Shown here one piece after another: positions 8,757 to 18,686 of a stretch of 64,000 nucleotides of DNA. This DNA is from a virus (taxonomy: Duplodnaviria > Caudoviricetes). Position numbers and translations under genes: made by a program. The stretch lies in IMG/VR virus record IMGVR_UViG_2582581314_000001, positions 1 to 64,000 of that record. One strand, given 5' to 3'. The notes below the pieces were generated by a model. The model had not been told where the DNA came from. It saw only the letters and a list, made by a program, of their open reading frames with translations, and made no database searches. Position 1 is the stretch's first letter; each line of letters starts with the position of its first letter.

Positions 8757-9583
8757 AGGCTGAGCATCAAGCAGCGGATGATGGCGATGATCTGGGTGTA
8801 GCGGGCGCCGCCGGAGCCTCGCCCGACCGTGGCATCAAAGCTGACCGTCAGGGTGCCGCCCGGGGGGATCGTGCCGCCCGGAAGGACCTTGGTGGCCTGC
8901 GCGTGCGCGCCGCTGATGGTGCTCGATCCGCTGTTGCGGGTGTAGTACATCTCGTCGCCGTTGAAGCCCGTCGCCGCTCCGGCGCCAGCGGGAAGGGTCA
9001 GGAAAACGTCCACCTCGCGCTCTACGACCACGAAGGCCGGGCGGCACGTGTCCGGGTTGGTGATTGTGGTGGAGAACGTGTCCGCCCGCTGGATACTCCC
9101 GGACGGGACCGCCCTGTTGTAGGTCCGGCTCTCCGAGTACTGAGGCATCGAGACCTTCCCGCGCGGCTCCGAGCGCAGGACGCCGTTGCTGTCACAGGCC
9201 ACGACACCACCGAAGGTGTCCACGTCGCACGCATACGGCCACGCCCCGGTGTTGGCCGTGACAGGCGCACTGGCGGAGCCGTCACCGGTGAGGCCACACC
9301 CAACGCTCACCGTCGCCGCCCCGGTCGGCACGAACAGGCCGCCGTCCGGGCCGATGGCGACGTTGTTGCCGGCCTGGCCGGACAGGTGCGCTGATACGAC
9401 GCCGGTCGACGAGTCGTAGCTGATGCCGTCCCCGGCCGAGATACACGGGCGGACGTCCTCACAGCCGATGACGGCCGAGACCACATAGGGGTTCAGCGTG
9501 CTGCCCGCGCCCGTCACTTCGGCGTTCTCACCGGCGATGACCACGCAGTTGCAGCCGCCGCCGCCACACTGACACCTGGCCAA
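8753..9583 (-). CDS. Minor tail/fibre-like protein (paralog B)
   Basis: TTG start; MARCQCGGGGCNC, GAGS..NPYVVSA, GCGLTGDGSASAP. Confidence 0.7.
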   Translation of the reverse strand: MARCQCGGGGCNCVVIAGENAEVTGAGSTLNPYVVSAVIGCEDVRPCISAGDGISYDSSTGVVSAHLSGQAGNNVAIGPDGGLFVPTGAATVSVGCGLTGDGSASAPVTANTGAWPYACDVDTFGGVVACDSNGVLRSEPRGKVSMPQYSESRTYNRAVPSGSIQRADTFSTTITNPDTCRPAFVVVEREVDVFLTLPAGAGAATGFNGDEMYYTRNSGSSTISGAHAQATKVLPGGTIPPGGTLTVSFDATVGRGSGGARYTQIIAIIRCLMLSL

Positions 9584-9610
9584 GATGCCCCGCCCTTCAA
9601 GGTGATCTCG

Positions 9611-9646
9611 GCCCGGCCCACAACCAGCGGCGTGAACGTCAGTCTA
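9611..9646 (-). promoter_or_regulatory. Late element copy 3: TAGACT-N9-motif
   Basis: Repeat family. Confidence 0.8.
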
Positions 9647-9678
9647 CGGCGCGGGACAACGCCCCCAACTGCGGCAGA

Positions 9679-10401
9679 TCAGCCGTACAGCTCCACGATC
9701 ACGCAACCCACGCCGCCCGGCGAGCCGTTGACGGACCCGCCGTAGGAGAGGCCTCCGCCAGCGCCGCCACCGAAGCCACGCGGCCCGGTGCCGTTGCCTT
9801 CGCTCGCGCGCGCCTGCCCGCCGTGGCCCATGTAGGACTCCCCGCCTCCGCCGGAAATCCCGTTGGTGCCGTTGAGGCGGATCGCGCCTCCGCCGGGGGC
9901 GCCGCCCTGCGCGAACTGGCCGCGGCCGGCGAACGGGGCCGCCGCGCCCGACGACACGTCCGCCGCCGTGCCGGACGTCTGGATCGCGTGTCCCCCGTCG
10001 CCCCCGTTGGCCGTCACGAACCCGCCGAAGGAACTGCTGCCGCCCGCTCCGCCGCTCGTAGCCGTTCCGCCCGCGTCACCGCCGGCCCCCACCACGATGG
10101 TCTCCACAGCGCCCAGCGACGACGCGGCGATCAGCTGCTCGCTGTAGCCGCCGCCCGCGCCTCCGGGGCGCACGATGCACTGGTTGGCGGCCGCGTTCGC
10201 TCCGGCCGAGCCGCCTCCGCCCGCCTGGACCCGGACGAACACCCTCGCCACCCACGGGTAGTCGGCTTTGCGGAACTGGAAGGTCCCCGGGTCGTTGTGG
10301 ACGACGACCTGGCGCAGGCCCATCGTGCCCGGCTTGAGGCAGAGTTCGCCGGTGCCGCTGTCCACGGTGAAGTAGTCGTCGCATACGCAGGCGCGCGCCA
10401 T
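9679..10401 (-). CDS. Glycine-rich tail protein
   Basis: VQAGGGGS, GGAGGGY, GGSSSFG and GCVIVE motifs of the phage glycine-rich domain. Confidence 0.75.
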   Translation of the reverse strand: MARACVCDDYFTVDSGTGELCLKPGTMGLRQVVVHNDPGTFQFRKADYPWVARVFVRVQAGGGGSAGANAAANQCIVRPGGAGGGYSEQLIAASSLGAVETIVVGAGGDAGGTATSGGAGGSSSFGGFVTANGGDGGHAIQTSGTAADVSSGAAAPFAGRGQFAQGGAPGGGAIRLNGTNGISGGGGESYMGHGGQARASEGNGTGPRGFGGGAGGGLSYGGSVNGSPGGVGCVIVELYG

Positions 10402-10428
10402 GAAAGCCCCTCCCGGGGAATCGCACGT

Positions 10429-10464
10429 GCCCGGCCCACAACCAGCGGCTACCCGCAGAGGTTA
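10429..10464 (-). promoter_or_regulatory. Late element copy 4: TAACCT-N9-motif
   Basis: Repeat family. Confidence 0.8.
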
Positions 10465-10950
10465 GCTGGCCGGTTCACCGCTCGCGGTGACGTGCACTTC
10501 CACACCGGCACCCGCAGGCGTCGCCGGCAGCATGTGCAGGCCGAGGAGCGGCTGCGTCTGCCACACGCGGACCGTCGCGCACTCGCCGGTCACCTGCTCC
10601 AGGGTCACCATCACCATGTGGTCGTCGCCCGGGTGGTGGTCGACGGGGAGCGCGCTGATCACCGGGGGCGCCGCGAACGGTACGTCGTACGTCCAGATTG
10701 CCCGGCCGTCCGCCCCCGTGGAGATGACCGCGGCAGCGGGCGCCGCCCCGCGTGGTCCGGGCGGCCCATGCTCACCACGCTCCCCCGGCGGCCCGGGCAG
10801 CCCCGGCTCACCCGGCGATCCAGGCTCGCCCTGCGGGCCGCGCCTGCCGGGCTTGCGCGACAGCGTCCTGGACTGGCGGTTCAGGTCGCGCAGGACGCCG
10901 CCCATCGGGTTGTCCAGCGTGCGCCGGGCTGCGGATCCTCGTACCGCCAT
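10462..10950 (-). CDS. Collagen-like (Gly-X-Y) minor tail protein
   Basis: GPQGEPGSPGEPGLPGPPGERGEHGPPGPRG. Confidence 0.75.
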   Translation of the reverse strand: MAVRGSAARRTLDNPMGGVLRDLNRQSRTLSRKPGRRGPQGEPGSPGEPGLPGPPGERGEHGPPGPRGAAPAAAVISTGADGRAIWTYDVPFAAPPVISALPVDHHPGDDHMVMVTLEQVTGECATVRVWQTQPLLGLHMLPATPAGAGVEVHVTASGEPAS

Positions 10951-11975
10951 CAGTCCTCCAACTCACTGCTCAGCGGGGCAAGCGTGACCTGGACGCTCTC
11001 GCCGCTACCGTCTTCCGACACCTTCACACCGTTGATCTTCAGCCGCTGCCGCAGCGGCCGGCAGGTCGCCTGCGTCGCCACATCCACGCTCCAACCCGGA
11101 ACGAGCCTGGCCACGTCCACCGCGGCCTCCGGCGACAGAGTCACCTCGTCGGAACTGAGGAACACCGGCACCGGATAGTTCGCCGCACGCCGAGACCGTG
11201 CCGCCGCCCCAGCCGAGGCGCTCGTCGTCACCGAGGTCTCCTCCACACTGCGCTCCAGCAGCCCGTAATAGGCGTCCGCGCCGCCCGAGACGCCCTTGAT
11301 GCCGCTGTCCTCGTCTCCGTGGACGATGTAGCGGGTGGCGAGCGCGGAGCCGTCCTCGGCCACGATGAGGCCCTCGGGGAAGTCAACATCCGTGAGCGTG
11401 CCGATATTGGCGTCCCAGTCCTCCGGCATGAGGACGATCGTGGAGCCGATCGCCGTGTAGTCCAGGCCGGTGTCCGCGAGGTCACGCAGGTGATCGCCGG
11501 TCTGCCCGATGTCCTCGGTGTACTGCCGGCCGCCCTCCACACCGGAGGGAGCCAGGATCTGCACGGTGTGACCCGGGTCGTCCGGCGCGAAGGCGTCCTC
11601 GATCAGCCAGTTCGCGATGTCGGTGAGGTCGGAGCCGTCGAACACGATCGACTGGTGCGGGACGCGCCGGTCAAGCCACACCAGGATGTCGGAGGCCCAC
11701 AACTCCACCTTCCCGAAAGACCACTCGGCCTGAATGATCGGCCCCTCCCACACGGTGACACCGTCGCGGGCAAGCACCAGCTTGTGACGCCACGTGCGCA
11801 CTCTGCCGAGCTGCGCGCAGCAGTCGCCGTCCGGATTGATCACGACGTGCGCCGTGCTCACGTCGTCCAGGATCCTCGTCCAGTCCACGGACACCAACGT
11901 GTCCGCCGGCGACACCACCGAGCCGCCCCGATCCACGATGTAGGCGGAGTGGACGCCACACCCTGCTGAAGACAA
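10950..11975 (-). CDS. Minor tail protein (siphovirus Gp37-like hub/baseplate)
   Basis: W.R.LDDVS.A and RDG.TVWEGPI motifs; position downstream of the tape measure and distal tail genes; TTG start. Confidence 0.7.
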   Translation of the reverse strand: MSSAGCGVHSAYIVDRGGSVVSPADTLVSVDWTRILDDVSTAHVVINPDGDCCAQLGRVRTWRHKLVLARDGVTVWEGPIIQAEWSFGKVELWASDILVWLDRRVPHQSIVFDGSDLTDIANWLIEDAFAPDDPGHTVQILAPSGVEGGRQYTEDIGQTGDHLRDLADTGLDYTAIGSTIVLMPEDWDANIGTLTDVDFPEGLIVAEDGSALATRYIVHGDEDSGIKGVSGGADAYYGLLERSVEETSVTTSASAGAAARSRRAANYPVPVFLSSDEVTLSPEAAVDVARLVPGWSVDVATQATCRPLRQRLKINGVKVSEDGSGESVQVTLAPLSSELED

Positions 11976-11998
11976 TGTGCCCCCTGCGGGAGAAGGAG

Positions 11999-12033
11999 GC
12001 CCGGCCCAAAACCAGCGGCGCAAACTCAGGTTA
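11999..12033 (-). promoter_or_regulatory. Late element copy 5: TAACCT-N8-motif
   Basis: Repeat family. Confidence 0.8.
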
Positions 12034-12144
12034 GTGCTCTAACCGGAAGGGCTCGGAATGCCACCGACCAGCTCGCAAGCGTCAGGAGCGGAAGACGCTT
12101 CAGAGAAGCACGCCAGAGCGCCTCGACCAGTGCGGAGTGCCGGC

Positions 12145-12855
12145 CTACAGACGGAATTCCGAGGAATGCAGCACCGCGAAGTCCTCAGCGGCGGTCCACA
12201 GGCCGTCCAGGAGCCGCTCGGCATGAGCGAGCATCTGGTCCACGAGTGCCGTCAAGGGTTCGCCGAACACGGCCACGATGTACTCGTCGCCGGGACTGCC
12301 GACCGTCAGGGTCTGCCGGAATTCGAGGCCCGGAGCGACCCGGTGGGCGAGGATGTTCCGGCGTTCCAGCAGCACCTTGTAGTCCGGGTCCAGCGGCAGC
12401 TTGGTGAGGGCCTTCGCCAGGTCCTCAGCAGGCCAAGCGCTCGAGTACGCCTTGGCTGTGGACTCCAGCGTGATCTTCTTGCGCTTGTCGGAGGCGGCTA
12501 GCGTGAACTCGTGACCAGCGGGAGCGATAGCCGACCCGATGAAGTACAGGCTGTAGGCCGAACTCTCCACGGCCGAGTTCAGGCCGACGACGAGATCGAA
12601 CAGCAGCGTCTGCGTCCGGTAGAGCCACAGCGGCTTCCCCTGCGCTGAGCGGCTCGTGAGAGGAACGAGGGCCTCGGCTGCCTCGCGTGCGTTCCGGTGC
12701 CGGTAGACCGCCGCGTACAGGGCGGCAGTCGCTTCCCACCGGGCGTCATCGACGACGCGAGAGGGCGTGCGGACCACTGCCTCGTAGAAGGCGTGGTCGA
12801 TCTGCTTGCGCGGGAAGCCGAGGACAGCGTCAGCCGCAATCTGGGTGTTCAGCAC
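12145..12855 (-). CDS. Putative HEPN-domain protein (moron)
   Basis: Helical protein with the Rx4H motif RNILAH. Confidence 0.55.
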   Translation of the reverse strand: MLNTQIAADAVLGFPRKQIDHAFYEAVVRTPSRVVDDARWEATAALYAAVYRHRNAREAAEALVPLTSRSAQGKPLWLYRTQTLLFDLVVGLNSAVESSAYSLYFIGSAIAPAGHEFTLAASDKRKKITLESTAKAYSSAWPAEDLAKALTKLPLDPDYKVLLERRNILAHRVAPGLEFRQTLTVGSPGDEYIVAVFGEPLTALVDQMLAHAERLLDGLWTAAEDFAVLHSSEFRL

Positions 12856-12927
12856 AGCCCGATGCTGCCACCGAACAGGGGCGCCGGGGTTCCAAGTTGG
12901 ACAATCTCCGCTCGGACCAGCGGACTC

Positions 12928-13479
12928 TCACTCCAACAGTGGCTCCGCATCCTGCCACTGCCGCACGAACTCAATGCCCTTCGGCGTCAGGACGTACGTG
13001 TGCTCCACCTCTTGGTGGCCAACGCTGAGGCCACCGCGCGGTCCGGGAACCTTGCGGATGAGGCCATCCTTGAGCAGATGAGAGAGGAGCAGGGCCATCC
13101 CCCTGTGGACCGTCCATTGCCGCATGCCAGGGTCCGGCGGGACGGGCATGCCGTTGGCCATGCTGTACCGCTGGGCCACGGCGTCCTCCAGCACCCGGCG
13201 CTCCAGGTCGCTGTAACGACCGTTGAGCACGGCGAGGTTGGCCTTGTAGCGCAGGACCGACGCCTTCGGGATCTTCTTCTCCACGTCGTACAGCGTGTGG
13301 TGGTTCGGGCAGAGCGCGATCAGGTTGTCGAAGGTGTGTTCCTTCACCTTCGACCAGGGCTCGATGTGGGCAATCTCCACCGTGGCTATCCGGCAGACCG
13401 GAATGGCGCACGCGTATCCGGCCTCCTCCAGCACCTCGCGCCGCAGGGAGGTAGGGATCTTGGGGCGGTCCTCGGCCAT
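12928..13479 (-). CDS. HNH endonuclease with C-terminal wHTH-like region (moron)
   Basis: CAIPVC...EIAHIEPW...NLIALCPNHH. Confidence 0.85.
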   Translation of the reverse strand: MAEDRPKIPTSLRREVLEEAGYACAIPVCRIATVEIAHIEPWSKVKEHTFDNLIALCPNHHTLYDVEKKIPKASVLRYKANLAVLNGRYSDLERRVLEDAVAQRYSMANGMPVPPDPGMRQWTVHRGMALLLSHLLKDGLIRKVPGPRGGLSVGHQEVEHTYVLTPKGIEFVRQWQDAEPLLE

Positions 13480-13590
13480 CTAGGCAGCGTATCGGGGGAG
13501 TTCAGGCTCTTGTGCGGAATCTCGATGGGTGTGGCTCCCGGGAGCTACACCCTTCTGACTTCGTCTCAGGTGACGGCCAGACCTACTTGG

Positions 13591-14931
13591 TCACCAGCCG
13601 CGGCCGGTGACGCCAATCGTCAGCCGCGCATCGTCGGCAGGCGGATGGATCGCGTCGGTCTCCAGGCAGACGCAGATCGAGGCGCAGTCGAACGCCGGCC
13701 ACGTCGGAGAGGCGCCGCCAGCCCCCCACACACTCGTGCTCGTCTCACAGTTGCCGCCGCACTCCACGGTGGCGCGGCCGATCTGCCCGTCCAGCACGAG
13801 CGTGCCACCGGCGGGGACGAACCCGACCTCGAACACGGCGAGCGGGTCGCAGCGCTTGCGGTCCGCGATCTCCGCGCACGACAGGTCCCCGTCCTGCTCG
13901 GTCCGCTCGTAGAAGGAGATCGTCAGCCGCCGCAGGTCCTCACTCCCGGCGAAGACCGAGATCACAGGCACGTCCGTGCCCCACGCCGGCCGGTTGGACA
14001 GGTCAAGCTCGTAGCACTCCCGGTTGGTGGCGAGCGCCTCACAGAAGCAGGAAGAGGGCACGGCCGGTTGCGGGGGCGACGGCGGTGTGCACGCCAGATC
14101 CGCGCACGCAGCCGCCACGTCCGGGCAGCCCGCGAGCCTGCACCCGCCGTCGGCGCACTCACCGGATGCTCCCGCCCCGGTGTGCAGACACCACGTGATG
14201 CACTCGGTGCCGTCGTCGGTCGGCAAGTGGACGTCCAGCAGCGGGATCTCGTCCGTCCACGCCCACGGGGTGGCGGCAACGAGAACGAACTCCACGGTGA
14301 TGACGTCCGCCCCGATGGAGCACCGCCCGGAGCTGCACGAGCCGTCGCCGTGCCGGGCCGTGACCGTCGGCCCCTCCACGAGCGCCACCCGCCGGTAGGT
14401 GCGGCGGTGCCGCTCGTTGAACTCCGCCGACGTCTCCTCCTCGCCGGGACAGCAGTTGAACATGGTCACGCAGTCGCCGCCGCACGCGCTGCCGGTGCAG
14501 CCCTGCAACGCCTCCGCCAAGAAGTGCAGTCCGTACTCCACGGCGCAGCAGGTGGCGCCGAGGAGGAGGCCGGTCACGGTAATGGTGCGCGGCTGCACCC
14601 GGGCGGGGCCGAGCGCGCCGCCGCCGACGACGGCGTTGGTGACCGTCCGCTTCACCGGGTAGTCGTCGATGCCGTCGAAGGAGAGCGGCAGGAACCCGGC
14701 GAAGTCGGCGGACTCGGGGACGTCGGGGTCGTACCAGGGTGCGGGGTTGTCCGGGTCGTCGGGTGTCGTGTACGGCCGGCCGTCCGGGTCGAGGACGTCG
14801 GGGGTGAGGGTGTCGCAGCCGCAGATGTCCGGGCCGGAGTCCAGCGGGGAGCCGACGGTCTCGAGGTAGGCGCGTAGGCGGGCCGTGTTGATGACCTCGA
14901 TACCGCCTACCTGGAGGAAGTCGGTCAGCAC
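13591..14931 (-). CDS. Cys-rich minor tail (distal-tail-like) protein
   Basis: Immediately follows the tape measure gene; R.ITVTG.L motif. Confidence 0.7.
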   Translation of the reverse strand: MLTDFLQVGGIEVINTARLRAYLETVGSPLDSGPDICGCDTLTPDVLDPDGRPYTTPDDPDNPAPWYDPDVPESADFAGFLPLSFDGIDDYPVKRTVTNAVVGGGALGPARVQPRTITVTGLLLGATCCAVEYGLHFLAEALQGCTGSACGGDCVTMFNCCPGEEETSAEFNERHRRTYRRVALVEGPTVTARHGDGSCSSGRCSIGADVITVEFVLVAATPWAWTDEIPLLDVHLPTDDGTECITWCLHTGAGASGECADGGCRLAGCPDVAAACADLACTPPSPPQPAVPSSCFCEALATNRECYELDLSNRPAWGTDVPVISVFAGSEDLRRLTISFYERTEQDGDLSCAEIADRKRCDPLAVFEVGFVPAGGTLVLDGQIGRATVECGGNCETSTSVWGAGGASPTWPAFDCASICVCLETDAIHPPADDARLTIGVTGRGW

Positions 14932-14955
14932 GTGGCACCCCTAATTCGGTGAGGT

Positions 14956-14989
14956 GCCCGGCCCAAAACCAGCGGCGTCCCTCAGCTTA
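14956..14989 (-). promoter_or_regulatory. Late element copy 6: TAAGCT-N7-motif
   Basis: Repeat family. Confidence 0.8.
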
Positions 14990-15004
14990 CGGCCGCCCAC
15001 CTCG

Positions 15005-18000
15005 TCACATGCTGTACGTCAGCGCCATGCGGTGCATGACCCGGGCGGCGGTCGTCTCGGCGTCGCCCACCTGGGAGATGTTGAACACGGGCGCGATGGT
15101 GACCCCGCCGTCGCTGCTGGACGAGGTGGAGCCGTCACCGCCGAGCATCTCGGCCAGACCCGACTGCGCGGCCAACTGCCGGGCCCGCTTCGGCTTCGTC
15201 AGCGGGATGATCACCTCGGGCCCTGCCTCGCCGACGAGGGCGTGCGTCGGCCCGAGGACGATGCCGCCCTCCGCGAAGGGCAGGTACTTGCGTACGGCCG
15301 ACGGGAGGCCGCTCTTGATGCTCGACATGATGCGGGAGCCGATGTTGCCCAGCGCGCCGACGATCCTTCCGGGCAGGCCGGAGAACAGGCTGACGATGCC
15401 GGAGATCAGGGAGGATACGGCGCTGCGCGCGCTGCCCACCGCCGAGCGGAAGACGCCCGCGAGCCGGGACCCGAGCCCGGACAGGGCGGAGACGATGCGC
15501 CCCGGCAGGCTCGTGAAGAAGGACACGATGGAGGAGCCGACGGCGCGGGCGGCGGACAGCGCGCTGGAGCCCGCCGACCGGAACACGGCGGCCAGCCGTC
15601 CGGGCAGCGCGGCGAGCGCGCCGGCGATGCGGCCCGGCAGTTGCGCGAAGAAGGAGGCCGCCGCAGAAAGGAACGAGGAGATCGCCGAGCGCGCGGAGCT
15701 GAACGCGGAGGAGAACGCGGACAGGATCATCGAGCCGAGCGAGGACAGCGCGGAGTAGATGCGGCCGGGCAGTGCGGTGAAGATGAACACCACCGCGGCG
15801 ATCGCGGTCAGCAGCGCGATTCCGACGGCGGCGACCGCCTGCACGAACAGGGTGACGAGCAGGCCAGGCAGCGCCGCCAGCCCGGACATGATCAGGCCGG
15901 GCAGAGACGTGAAGAACGAGACGACGCCCTGAAAGCCCGTGGTCAGGGCGGTTGTCACGGTGGTGACGAGCGTCGAGAAGAACGTCCCGATCATCGAGCC
16001 GAGCGCGCTGAGCCCGGCCACGATCAGCGACGGCAGGTTCGTGATGAACGTGACGACCGCGGTGATTGCGGTGATCAGGCCGGTCAGGACGCTGACGACG
16101 CCCTGGATGATCGGGACGACGACGTTGATCGCGACCCACGCCTCGAACCCGGCCTCAAGTTGCAGGACCGGCGCGAGGAGGTTCGTCACCATCACCAGCA
16201 GCGGGGCCAGGGCGGCGGCGAGGTTCGCGATCGGCGGCAGGATCGGCAATAGGGCCTGCAACATCGCCGAGAAGGCGTCGACGAGCGACGGCAGGATGGG
16301 CAGCAGCGCGTTCGTGAATGCGGAGATCAGCGGGACCAGAGCGACCGCGACCTGCGCGACGACGCCCGCCACCTGGGCCAGGACCGGTGAGAGGACCTGG
16401 AACATCTGCGCGACCGCCTGGCCGACGCCGGCCGCGAGCGGGGTCAGCGCGGTGACCAGGGCGACGAAGGCCTGCGTGAGCGGCGGCAGGACGGGCATGA
16501 GCGCGTCCACGAGCGCCGAGATGATCGGCGTGAACAGCGTCACGAGGACCTGCAAGGCAGGTGCCAGGGCCTGCGCCAGGACCGCCACCAGCTGACCGGC
16601 CAGGGGCAGCAGCGGGGCCAGGGCCGACAGGACGGAGCCGACCGCGGCACCGACGGGCCCCAGGCTCGGGCCGATGGCGGCGAGCCCGTCCGCGAGCGCG
16701 GACGCGACGGTCTGCAGGCTCGGCGCGATCGCCGCCAGGGCAGGACCGAGCGCGTTGATGACGCCGGTGATCGCCGGGCCCAGGGTGGCAAAGACCGGCG
16801 CGAGAGCGGGCGCTATCAGCCCGATCTGCGTGACGAGCGCGGACAGGATCGGCCCGAGCTGCGCGGCGATCGTGGCGACCGTCCGAAAGACGTTCCCGAC
16901 CGCCGCTTGCCCGGCCGCGCTCTGGACGAAGTCGCGGAACGCTCCCGTGATCGTCTGGAGGTTGTTGAGCAGCCCGCCGCCCGCACCGCTCGCAGCGGAG
17001 AAGACGCCGGAAAGGATGTGCCCCACGTTCAAGGCGATGGCGCCGAGCTCCTGGAAGACGCCGACCGCGCCCCTCACGGCGTCGACCGCCCGGCCCGACG
17101 CGGCGAACTCGGAAAGGAACGTTCCGACTTGCGCGCCGATCTGCCCGATCAACGAGCCGACCTGCGGGCCGAAGGCCTTCGCGACCGCCGCGGCGACGTC
17201 GAGGAAGCCCTTCGCGACCGGCTGAATCGCCGTAGCGAGACCCGATACGGCGCTCTGCGATGCCGACAGCACCGACCGGACAGCGTCGACAGCCTGGGAG
17301 CTGCGGACGTACTCCAGGACATTCCGCGCAGCGAGCCCCCATTGCTGCGCGATCCCGGTCAGGCCGGACTTCAGAGGACCGGCGAGAGCGTTCGCCGTCT
17401 TGGTGATCTGCCCGTCGAGATTCCCGAAGAAGGCGCTCTGTACGGACTGCTGGAGCTGGTCGAACGCCGGCTTCAGCGCGCGGACCTCAAGGGTCGCCTT
17501 CTGCGCCGCCGGGGTGAGCTTCTCCAGCTCCTTGTTGAACTTCTCCGAGCTGTCCGTCAGCGCGGACTTGAAGGCGTCGCCTACGCCGCTCAGCGCGAAC
17601 TTGAGCGTGCCGAGCGCTGCCCCGTACCCCAGGATGACGGCAGGACCAGCAGCGATGATCCCGGCCGCCGGGGCGAGCGCTGCCGTCAGGGAGATGACGC
17701 CCTGCGCGGCGCCCGCCGCGGCGATCCCTATCGCCGCGAACTTCAGGCCTTTCGCGAGGACGCCGCCGACGCTCCCGGCGACGCGGCCGAGACCGGCGAG
17801 CGCCCGCGTGAACCGGTCGTTGTCGACGTCGACGTTCGCGTTGACCCTCACGTCGGGCGGCCTGTGTCCCCTGATCCGCGCGTCGAACCCGTCCAGGTCG
17901 GGGAACACCCGGATCGCGATCTCTTCCCCAGCGAGCGCGGCGCGGACGCGCTCGACGAACCCCGTCAGATCCGGGGCGACAGGAATGTTGATCGAGTCGA

Positions 18001-18247
18001 GGGAGCGGAGCCCGGTGAGGAGCTGCGCGTCGAACCGCCGCAGGTCCGGGTCGACCCGGACGGTGACCGCAGCGGCGTCCAGGCCGCGCTGGATGTTGCG
18101 GCGGATCTGCCCGCCGAGGTCGCGGGTAGCCCGGTTGAGAGCGCGCTGAATCCGGATGCCGAGGTCACGCGCATCCGCGACAGCCCCGCTGTCATCCAGA
18201 TCGATCCGGATGACCGCGCGGCCGTAGTCCTCGTCCTCGCCGGCCAC
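15005..18247 (-). CDS. Tape measure protein
   Basis: 1080 aa, Ala/Gly/Leu-rich helical repeats, C-terminal FAEGGIV.GPT..LVGEAGPEVIIPL. Confidence 0.92.
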   Translation of the reverse strand: MAGEDEDYGRAVIRIDLDDSGAVADARDLGIRIQRALNRATRDLGGQIRRNIQRGLDAAAVTVRVDPDLRRFDAQLLTGLRSLDSINIPVAPDLTGFVERVRAALAGEEIAIRVFPDLDGFDARIRGHRPPDVRVNANVDVDNDRFTRALAGLGRVAGSVGGVLAKGLKFAAIGIAAAGAAQGVISLTAALAPAAGIIAAGPAVILGYGAALGTLKFALSGVGDAFKSALTDSSEKFNKELEKLTPAAQKATLEVRALKPAFDQLQQSVQSAFFGNLDGQITKTANALAGPLKSGLTGIAQQWGLAARNVLEYVRSSQAVDAVRSVLSASQSAVSGLATAIQPVAKGFLDVAAAVAKAFGPQVGSLIGQIGAQVGTFLSEFAASGRAVDAVRGAVGVFQELGAIALNVGHILSGVFSAASGAGGGLLNNLQTITGAFRDFVQSAAGQAAVGNVFRTVATIAAQLGPILSALVTQIGLIAPALAPVFATLGPAITGVINALGPALAAIAPSLQTVASALADGLAAIGPSLGPVGAAVGSVLSALAPLLPLAGQLVAVLAQALAPALQVLVTLFTPIISALVDALMPVLPPLTQAFVALVTALTPLAAGVGQAVAQMFQVLSPVLAQVAGVVAQVAVALVPLISAFTNALLPILPSLVDAFSAMLQALLPILPPIANLAAALAPLLVMVTNLLAPVLQLEAGFEAWVAINVVVPIIQGVVSVLTGLITAITAVVTFITNLPSLIVAGLSALGSMIGTFFSTLVTTVTTALTTGFQGVVSFFTSLPGLIMSGLAALPGLLVTLFVQAVAAVGIALLTAIAAVVFIFTALPGRIYSALSSLGSMILSAFSSAFSSARSAISSFLSAAASFFAQLPGRIAGALAALPGRLAAVFRSAGSSALSAARAVGSSIVSFFTSLPGRIVSALSGLGSRLAGVFRSAVGSARSAVSSLISGIVSLFSGLPGRIVGALGNIGSRIMSSIKSGLPSAVRKYLPFAEGGIVLGPTHALVGEAGPEVIIPLTKPKRARQLAAQSGLAEMLGGDGSTSSSSDGGVTIAPVFNISQVGDAETTAARVMHRMALTYSM

Positions 18248-18274
18248 CGGGCAACCCCGCTTTCGCGTGTGGTT

Positions 18275-18334
18275 GCCCGGCCCAGAACCAGCGGCTACGG
18301 CAGCGCCCGTGGGCCTGCCGTGATCTCCAGACTA
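18275..18334 (-). promoter_or_regulatory. Late element copy 7: TAGTCT-N33 (spacer contains an extra hairpin)-motif
   Basis: Repeat family; the spacer holds the ACGGCAG...CTGCCGT inverted repeat. Confidence 0.7.
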
Positions 18335-18339
18335 TCCGC

Positions 18340-18686
18340 CTACCTGCGGCCCTGTAGCCGCCCGTCCTCGGCCGCCGCCTGTGCCATCAGCGCTCGCGCC
18401 TGGCCCGGGTCCATGCGCGCCGCAGTGCGCGGCCGTCCCTCTTCGGCCGACCGCCGGCGGACTCCCTTCGGCGGCGCGTACAACTGGGCCTTGTTTCGGG
18501 CACGCGTGGCGTCGTCCTCCGCCGCCATGTCCATGGACACCTCGGCGGCGTTCAGAAGCCGCCTCAGCGGCCAGCCGTGCGGGTCGACGCCCTGGAGGGC
18601 GAGACTCCCGTCCCACGCCTCCCAGCCTGCCGCGATGGAGTCGAGGAGGCGGAAGACGACGTAGTAGGGCGGGTACCACCACCCCC
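18340..18686 (-). CDS. Tail assembly chaperone, frameshift (gpT-like) extension
   Basis: Open -1 frame with no good start, overlapping the chaperone at GGGGGTGGTGG, directly before the tape measure gene. Confidence 0.6.
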
